From assembly GCA_044229145.1 (NCBI GenBank), contig JBGATO010000003.1:34358-98357 (forward strand): DNA of 64,000 bases, given 5' to 3'. Origin of the DNA: Candidatus Eiseniibacteriota bacterium. Lineage in GTDB: Bacteria > Eisenbacteria > RBG-16-71-46 > CAZEPH01. The position numbers and the translations under genes were made by a program. Below are positions 57,028-64,000 of the stretch, piece by piece (within the stretch, counting starts at the first letter, position 1; each line of letters opens with the position of its first letter). The notes under the pieces were generated by a model. It made no database searches, was not told the origin of the DNA, and was given only the letters and a program-made list of their open reading frames with translations.

Positions 57028-58469
57028 ACCGCCACCTCCTCTCGCGCGCTCACCGCCGCCACCGTCTCCACGATCTCGCGCTCCTGCGGCAAGACGCCGC
57101 CGTAGTGCCGCACGGAGTGAATCGCCGGCGGCTGCGTGACCTGGGCGTGGCTGAGCGCCAAGCGCAACTCATCCTCGAGCTGTCCGTTCGATGCCTCGAC
57201 GACGACGATGCGCTTGGCGTGCTGCAGAATCGGCAACAGCGCGTTGATCGGGAACGGCCACAACGTCTGCGGGCGGAACAGCCCCGCCTTGATGCCGCGC
57301 GCGCGCAGCTGCGCCACCGCGCCCTTGGCCATCCGCGCCGGCGTGTTGCAGGCGAGGATGATGGTGTCGGCGTCGTCGCAGAGATACGCGTCGGCGCGCT
57401 GTTCGGCGGCGATCATCCGCGCGTACTTCGCGTTCAGCGCGATGTTGTGCTGCTCGAGATCGACCTCGGTGAGGTAGATCGAGTTGATCAAGTTGTTGCG
57501 ATGCGACGCGTCGCCGTACACCGCCCACGACGGCAGCCCCGGCTTCACCATCGCCGGCGGCAAGCTGACGCGGCCGGTCATCTGGCCGAGGTATCCGTCG
57601 CCCAGCACGACGACCGGATTGCGGTACTTGAACGCGAGGTCGAACGCCAACATCGTGAAGTCGAGCATCTCCTGCGGCGTCGACGGCGTGAGCACGATCG
57701 CCTGTGTGTTGCCGTGTCCCAGCCCGCGGCACGCGAGCTTGATGTCCGCCTGCTCCGGCCCGATGTTGCCCAGCCCCGGCCCGCCGCGCATCACGTTGAC
57801 GAACACGCCCGGCACCTCGGCGCCGATCATGTAGCTGATGCCCTCGAGCATGAGGCTGAAGCCCGGCGACGACGTGAACGTCATGCAGCGCATGCCCGCG
57901 CCGCCGGTGCCATACATGTAGTTGACCGTCGCCACCTCGCTCACCGCCTGCACGAACACGCCGCGCAGCTTCGGCAGCAGCTTCGCCATCAACTCCGCGC
58001 CCTCGGTGGACGGCGTGATCGGGTAGCCGTAGAAGTGCCGGCAGCCCGCGAGCAACGCGCCCACCGCGGCGGCGTAGGTGCCCTTGATCATCACCGGCTC
58101 GACCGGCGGCAGCGGGATGAGCTGATCCGGCACGTCGATCGCGTGTGGCGCCGCGTGGTGCTTCGGCCCGAACAGCTTCGCCGGGTCCATCAGTTCGTAC
58201 TGCTCTTCGCCTGGCGGCAGCTCGCGCAGTCCATACGGCTCCGGACACGCGTCGATGCACATGCCACACGCCGTGCAGGCGTCGAGGTCGAGGTGGATCG
58301 GGATGAGGCCGGTGAGCGGGTTGATCTCGCTGCCGAAGGTGATGCAGTGCTTGTCGCATGCGTCGATGCAGCGCCCGCAACCCTTGCAATACTCGGGGAT
58401 GACGAAGGGCTTCTGCGCCTCGGGCGCCTCCGCCGCTCCGGTCGTCGGGGTGATGCTGTCAGATGCCAT
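57024..58469 (-). CDS. 2-oxoacid:ferredoxin oxidoreductase, fused delta (2x[4Fe-4S]) + alpha subunit (VorB-like)
   Basis: CKGCGRCIDAC and CTACGMCIDACP; YGYPITPS, SEVA, TSSPGFSLM, MRGGPGLG. Confidence 0.93.
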
Positions 58470-58637
58470 CGATCTCGCCTTTGCTGGGAGCGAAACGAGT
58501 CGTCGTCGGAGGCTCGGGAGCCTCGGGAACTGCCCAAACGCTACGTGCGCTCAGGGTCGATAGGGAAGGTGGGCGGAGGGGGTGGTGGAGCATCATCCTT
58601 TGGGCGACGTGTGCGACCAAGGGCGAGGTGGACCGCC

Positions 58638-59513
58638 TCAGGAGACGCCCACGGCAGGCTCGGCTTCCGGCACCGGCGCCTGCCCCCGTCGATGCAGGAT
58701 CGTGCTGGGGCAAATATCCACGCAGGCTTCGCCGCACGACGGCCCGTACGCCGCGCATTTCTCATGATCGATGACGATCGTCGTCCCCGTCCACGCGATC
58801 GCCTCCGCCGGGCACTTCGCCACGCACTTGCGGCAGAGCGTGCAGCCCACCGAGCACGTCGACCGCACGACGCTCGACTTGTCGCGCGAGACGCACGACA
58901 GCATCACGCGGTGCGAGCGCGGGTAGAGTTCGAACAGCGCCTTTGGGCAGGTTGTCACGCAGATCGCGCAGCCGGTGCAGAGGGCAATGTCGACGGCGGG
59001 GATGTTCTCGTCGGTCATGCGCAGCGCGCCGAACGGGCACGCCCGGACGCAATCGGCCAGGCCGAGGCAACCGTTCTTGCACGCCTTCGGTCCGCCGAAT
59101 GCGAGCGAGGCGGCGGCGCAGGTGGCGATGCCTTCGTACTCGGCCTCCTGTCGCGCGAACGCCGACGTGCCGTGGCAGCGCAACACGACGATGGAATCGC
59201 GCACCGCGCCCACGACCTTGTCGGTGAGACGCGCGACGGTGTCCGCAACGGTCTGCCTGCCGGGCACACATAACGACGGCGCGACGTCACTCTTCTCCAC
59301 GACGGCCTCCGCATAGGCGGTACAGCCGGCGAACCCGCACGCGCCGCAGTTCGCCGACGGCAACGCGTCGCGCACTTGGTCGACGAGCGGATTGGTCGCG
59401 ACGTGGAAGCGCGCCGCGGTGGCGGCGAGCGCGACGCCGAAGACGAGGCCGAGCACGGAGAACACGGCCACGCCCCAGAGCGCCACGCCCCACACGCCAC
59501 CGTCGGTCAGCAT
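58638..59513 (-). CDS. rnfB: Rnf complex subunit B (polyferredoxin)
   Basis: N-terminal TM; LPSANCGACGFAGC; CLGLADCVRACP, CTGCAICVTTCP, CTLCRKCVAKCP. Confidence 0.93.
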   Translation of the reverse strand: MLTDGGVWGVALWGVAVFSVLGLVFGVALAATAARFHVATNPLVDQVRDALPSANCGACGFAGCTAYAEAVVEKSDVAPSLCVPGRQTVADTVARLTDKVVGAVRDSIVVLRCHGTSAFARQEAEYEGIATCAAASLAFGGPKACKNGCLGLADCVRACPFGALRMTDENIPAVDIALCTGCAICVTTCPKALFELYPRSHRVMLSCVSRDKSSVVRSTCSVGCTLCRKCVAKCPAEAIAWTGTTIVIDHEKCAAYGPSCGEACVDICPSTILHRRGQAPVPEAEPAVGVS

Positions 59514-59527
59514 CGTCGCCCGTCTCC

Positions 59528-60436
59528 CTAGCGGAACAGATCGAGGCCGGCGAAGCCCATGAACGCCAGCGCGAACAGGCCGGCGAGCGCGAACGCCACC
59601 GGCAGGCCCTGGAACGGCTTCGGCACGCGGGCGAACTCCGCCTTCTCGCGCGCGCACGACATCAGGAACAGCGCGGCGGCGAAGCCGGCGCCGGAGCCGA
59701 GCGCGAGCGCCAGCGCGTCGAGCGGCCCGGCATTCAACTGCGCGTTGAGGAGCGGCACCGCGAGGATGATGCAGTTGGTGGTGATCAACACGAGGTAGAT
59801 CCCGAAGCGCCGGTGCAACGACGGCTGTACCTTCTTCAGTATCGTATCGAGCATCTGCACCAAGAACGCGACCAGCCCGATGAACACCACGACCTGCAGG
59901 AAGCCGAGGTGGAGCGGCCGCAACACCATCGACTCGACGGCCCACGACAGCATACCGGTCGTCAGCATGACGAGCGTGAACGTCGCGCCCATGCCGAGCG
60001 CGGTGTCGCGCTTCTTCGACACGCCGAAGAAGATGCAGAGTCCGAGATAGCGCGTGAACACGAAGTTGTTGATGAGCGCGGCGGCGAGCACGGTGGAGAA
60101 CACCAGCGCCCACCGCGACGGCCGTGCGGTGCCGTGTCCGGGCGCACCCGCGGTGGAGCGGGCGTCAACGATGTAACTCTCGCGCTTCGACAACGGTTCG
60201 CGCACGGTGACCAGCGCGTGGCGCGCGTCCGTAACGGTGACCCCGAGTACGGTGAGCGGGACGTCGGGCGCGCTCGCCTCGGCGACACGCACCGAGGCAG
60301 TGTCGAGCGGCCCGGCGAGCGTCAGCTGCAATGCGGTGGGCGAGAGGACGTGTGCGCTGCGCACGACGCCGTCGGCGCGCGCGGCGGTGGCCAGCGTGAG
60401 CAACGTCGCCAAGACTGCGAGCACGCGCCTACACAT
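59528..60436 (-). CDS. rnfA: Rnf complex subunit A with atypical N-terminal signal peptide and Ig-like domain
   Basis: Core 'NNFVFTRYLGLC', 'GIYLVLITTNCIIL', 'RE......P.PFQG.P', 'LAFMGF'; about 105 extra N-terminal residues in frame. Confidence 0.88.
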   Translation of the reverse strand: MCRRVLAVLATLLTLATAARADGVVRSAHVLSPTALQLTLAGPLDTASVRVAEASAPDVPLTVLGVTVTDARHALVTVREPLSKRESYIVDARSTAGAPGHGTARPSRWALVFSTVLAAALINNFVFTRYLGLCIFFGVSKKRDTALGMGATFTLVMLTTGMLSWAVESMVLRPLHLGFLQVVVFIGLVAFLVQMLDTILKKVQPSLHRRFGIYLVLITTNCIILAVPLLNAQLNAGPLDALALALGSGAGFAAALFLMSCAREKAEFARVPKPFQGLPVAFALAGLFALAFMGFAGLDLFR

Positions 60437-61094
60437 CGAACGCCGCCTCCCGCCGCTTGGCGGCGCGCTTGTCTTCGGCCCGCTGTTCGAGCGCATTGAA
60501 CGCCGCCATCAAGAACGCGATCGTGAAGAACCCGCCGGCCGGCAGCGCGAAGAACAACAGCGGCTTGAACGGCGCCAGCTGCACGCCGGCGAACGAGCCG
60601 TTGCCGAGCAGCTCGCGCACCGAGCCGATCATCACCAGCGCGAACAGGAAGCCGAGCCCCATGCCGAGCCCGTCGAAGAATGACGGCGTCACCGGATGCC
60701 GCGACGCGAACAGCTCGAGCCGCGAGATGATGATGGCGAACGCCACGATCAACTTCACGTACAGCCCGACCTGCGCGTAGAGCGACGGCGTGAAGGCGGC
60801 GAGCACCATGTCCATCACGCTCACCCACACGGCGATGATGAGCGTGTAGACGGGAATGCGCACCTTGGCGTGGATCCATTGCCGCGTTAGGGCCACGGTG
60901 ACGCTCGACAGCACCTGCACGACGAGCACCGCGATGCCGAGGATCAGCCCATTCAGCACCGTGTTGGTGACCGCGACCGCCGGACACAGCGACAACGCGA
61001 GGCGGAACACGGGGTTCTCGTTCAGGATGCCGTTGAGCACCAACTGCAGCGGCGTCGCGTTGGCTGGCGTGCTGCTCGACCCGCCATGACTCAT
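60429..61094 (-). CDS. rnfE: Rnf complex subunit E
   Basis: ENPVFRLALSLCPAVAVT, VRIP, RELLG.G, LPAGGF; ATGA overlap with rnfG. Confidence 0.92.
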   Translation of the reverse strand: MSHGGSSSTPANATPLQLVLNGILNENPVFRLALSLCPAVAVTNTVLNGLILGIAVLVVQVLSSVTVALTRQWIHAKVRIPVYTLIIAVWVSVMDMVLAAFTPSLYAQVGLYVKLIVAFAIIISRLELFASRHPVTPSFFDGLGMGLGFLFALVMIGSVRELLGNGSFAGVQLAPFKPLLFFALPAGGFFTIAFLMAAFNALEQRAEDKRAAKRREAAFDV

Positions 61095-61918
61095 GACGCA
61101 CCTCCGGTCACCCACGGCCGCAAGAGCGACCAGCGGCGTTGGAAGCGCAGCGTCGCCTCGCGGACGCCGCCGGTGAGCGCGCGGCTCGAGATCGTCGCGC
61201 CTGTCACCGCGTAGATCGGCCGCGCCGATTCGCGCGCTGCCAGCGTGCCGTACCGCGACTGCCACGTGGCAGGATCGAGCCGGCGCATCGCCACCAGCGC
61301 GGCGCTCCAATCCTCCGGCATCGGATCGCGCGTGACGTCGAGCGCGGCGGTCCGCGCGGCGGACCGTCCGGCGAACTGCGCGACGAAGCGCGGCGCCGCG
61401 ATTTCGGCGCCGAGCCCTGGATCCTCCTCGTGCTCGACGACGCGTACGCCGCGCACGGTGAACGAACTGTCGAGAGCGACTAGGAAGCGCACGCGGTTTT
61501 TGTACCCGCGCACGGCGCTCTCGACCACGAAGCCTTCGGCGGCGCCGCCGCGCAGCGCGACGAACACGCGTCCGGTGGGTGAGACACCGGCGTGTAGCGC
61601 GATCGGCTCGGCTGACGGGGAGCCCCCGAAGGTGAATGCGGTGGTGCGCGGCGACGCCGAGTCGGCGCCGAGGCGCTGCATGCTATACACGATGCGGTCC
61701 GTCTCCACGAACTGGCGGACCTCGAGCAATTCCGCGTCCGGCGAGGCGTGCAACATCTCGCGCACCGCGCTCTCCTCGCGCGCCAGACGCGCGGCGGCGG
61801 CGTAGCGGTCGGTGCCGACGTACGTGGCGCCGAGCACGCCGGCGCTCAGCGCGCAGACGATGGTCAGCGTCACCACGATGCGCCGCATTTCGCCCGGCGC
61901 CAGCGGCGAGCCGCTCAT
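61091..61918 (-). CDS. rnfG: Rnf complex subunit G (FMN-binding)
   Basis: N-terminal TM; 'GY...V', 'H.EDPGLG..I', flavinylation motif AVTGATISS. Confidence 0.88.
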   Translation of the reverse strand: MSGSPLAPGEMRRIVVTLTIVCALSAGVLGATYVGTDRYAAAARLAREESAVREMLHASPDAELLEVRQFVETDRIVYSMQRLGADSASPRTTAFTFGGSPSAEPIALHAGVSPTGRVFVALRGGAAEGFVVESAVRGYKNRVRFLVALDSSFTVRGVRVVEHEEDPGLGAEIAAPRFVAQFAGRSAARTAALDVTRDPMPEDWSAALVAMRRLDPATWQSRYGTLAARESARPIYAVTGATISSRALTGGVREATLRFQRRWSLLRPWVTGGAS

Positions 61919-62893
61919 GACGGCGTGCCCTCCGGCGCGACGCGGCGCGGCCGGAACCACGTGTTGAGCGCCGGCACGAGTGCGTTGGCGAGCAAGATCG
62001 CGTAGCAGATGCCTTCGGGATAGCCGCCGTAGACGCGGATCACCGCGGTGAGCACGCCGATCGTCACGCCGAACACGATCTGCCCGCGCACGGTGAGCGG
62101 CGAGGTCACGTAGTCGGTCGCCATGAAGAACGCGCCGAGCCACAGGCCGCCGGTCAATAGGTGCAGCGCCGGGTGTCCGGTAAACGCGGTGACCAGCGCG
62201 ACGCCCGCGAACACGCTGAGCGGAATCGCCAAGCCGATGATGCGGCGCGCGAGCAAATACGCGGCGCCGAACGCGACCAACAGCGCCGAGACTTCGCCGA
62301 GCGAGCCGGGCCGGAACTCGAGCAGCAACCCGCTCCACGCGCCGTGCGGCGTGTCGAGCAGCAGCGCGCGCGGCGCCGAGGCCGTGCTCCTTGAGCGTGG
62401 CGAGTGGCGTCGCCGTGGTGATCGCGTCCGGCGCGATGGTGAACCAGCGGCGCGGCGCGATCCAGCCGGCGGTCATGGCGAGCGGGAAGGTCGCCATGAG
62501 AAACGCGCGGCCGATGAGCGCCGGGTTGAACAGATTCGCACCGAGGCCACCGAAGAGCGTCTTGGTGACGAGGATGGCGAACGCGCCGCCGAGGAACGCG
62601 GCGAGCGGCGGAAACGCCGGCGGCAGCGTCATCGCGAGCAGCAAGCCGGTGCACACCGCGCTGCCGTCGCCGAGCGTCGAGTGCTGGCGGCGCAGGCGGC
62701 AGCCGAGCCACTCGCCGAACGCCGCGCCGGCGACGCTGGCGAGCACGCACAGCACCGCGCGCGGCCCGAACACGAAGATGCCCCACAGGATCGCCGGCGC
62801 GAGCGCGGCGTTGACCTGCCACATGATGCGCGCCGTGCTCTCCGCGGTGTGGAGGTGCGGACCGGGCGAGACGACGAACAGACGCTCGCTCAG
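61915..62893 (-). CDS. rnfD: Rnf complex subunit D; single frameshift near 62365
   Basis: SPGPHL, DGSAV.TGLLLA, FGGLG.NLFNPA, FMN site DAITTATPL; after the shift PGSLGEVS, AFFMATDYVTSP, GGYPEG..YAILL.N. Confidence 0.88.
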
Positions 62894-64000
62894 GCGACGA
62901 CCTCGCGCTGGCGGCGCAGCGCGCCCTTCGCCAGTTGGATGAACTGCACGAGCGGCCGCGCCGATGGACAGACGTACGAGCAGCAACCGCACTCGTAGCA
63001 TTGCTCGACGCCGAACGCCGGCGTCTCGAGCGCGCGTCCGGCTTCGACGCGAATGGAGACTTGGTCGGGCTCGAGGCCGAGCGGGCAGGCGTCGAGACAA
63101 CGGCCGCAGGCGACGCACGGCTGGTAGCCGTCGGCCACCGCGGCGTCGCCGGTGAGGATGACCAGGCCGCCGAGGCCCTTCACCACCGGTACGTCGAGGC
63201 GCGGCAGCGCGCGGCCCATCATCGGCCCGCCGGCGATCACCCGGCGCGCGTCGTCGGTGAGGCCGCCGCAGAACGCGACGACGTGTTCCAACAACGTCCC
63301 GAGCGGCACGCGCACGTTGCGCGGTTCGCGCACCCCCGGCCCGGTGACGGTCACGACGCGATCGAGCAGCGGGCGGGAAAACCGCACCGCGTCGTGGACC
63401 GCCACCGCCGTGGCGACGTTCTGCACCACCACACCCACCGACATCGGCAGCGCGCGCGCCGCCATGACGCGGCCGGTGAGCGCCTGCACGAGCTGGCGTT
63501 CGGCGCCCTGCGGGTAGCGCGCGCGGCAGCCGACGATCGACACCGCGATGCCGTCGCACGGCGTCTGGGCGAGCGCGGCGCAACGCCTCCGCCGCGTCGC
63601 GCTTGTCGATCTCGAGGCCGATCGCCACCTGCGCGCGCGCCGGTGAGCCGCGCCATCGCCAGCGCGCCTTCAAGGACGCCGTGCGGATCGGCGAGCACGG
63701 TGCGGTAGTCGGACGTGAGATACGGCTCGCACTCGGCCACGTTGAGCACCAGCGTGTCGACGCCGGCGTCGTAGCGCCGCCGCCAACTTGCGCGAGGTCG
63801 GATACGCTGCGCCGCCGAGGCCGACGATGCCGGCCGCTTCGCGATGCGCGCAGCGCTGTTTCCGGCGGAACACGCGCGCCACGCGCGATCTTCGTCGAAC
63901 GTGACCGGCGGCGGCGCCGCGTCACCTTCGGCAGCGCCGCCGCGGCGATCACCACCGCCGGCGCGATCACCAGCGACGGATGCGGAAACTTGTCGAACGG
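62890..64000 (-). CDS. rnfC: Rnf complex subunit C, 5'-truncated by the window edge; several frameshifts
   Basis: AGIVGLGGAAYPT, LNVAECEPYLTSD, RYPQGAERQL, GGPMMG, CVACGRCLDACP, CYECGCCSYVCPS, spread over different frames. Confidence 0.88.

Noticed and set aside
61915..64000. Programmed frameshifting or true pseudogenisation of rnfC and rnfD
   Set aside because: No slippery heptamers, and indels are multiple and scattered in GC runs, as in the FG-GAP genes; sequencing error is more parsimonious.

Overview
High-GC (roughly 70% by eye), gene-dense bacterial chromosomal window. I found no rRNA, tRNA, CRISPR array, transposase or integrase. The many secreted proteins ending in FlgD-Ig/T9SS-CTD-like tails, the FG-GAP proteins and an outer-membrane porin suggest a diderm FCB-related lineage such as Ca. 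Eisenbacteria (inference only). Contents in order: a 5'-truncated CHAT protease; a large Ig/cohesin-like/beta-helix surface protein; lhr-nei; an AraC regulator; ispG; a MASE1-CHASE hybrid kinase; a VPS10/BNR protein plus a LolA-like protein; glgB with two ATP-grasp genes; Fic plus a truncated BrnA-like ORF; icd; two tandem FG-GAP paralogs with frameshifts; two giant Gly-rich repeat paralogs; an operon of two ATP-grasp ligases, an S51-like peptidase and two esterases; porin-modA; a secreted OB/Ig protein; small hypotheticals; fused 2-oxoacid:ferredoxin oxidoreductase genes; and rnfCDGEAB (rnfC and rnfD frameshifted, probably sequencing errors). Best candidates for new biology: (1) a split, glycogen-linked system of four ATP-grasp ligases with esterases and a cyanophycinase-like peptidase; (2) an exact mycobacterial PafBC/RecA-NDp promoter motif upstream of lhr-nei in an apparently non-actinobacterial genome; (3) an RnfA carrying a signal peptide and an Ig-like ectodomain; (4) secreted polyglycine-repeat and Cys-rich cohesin-like repeat proteins.
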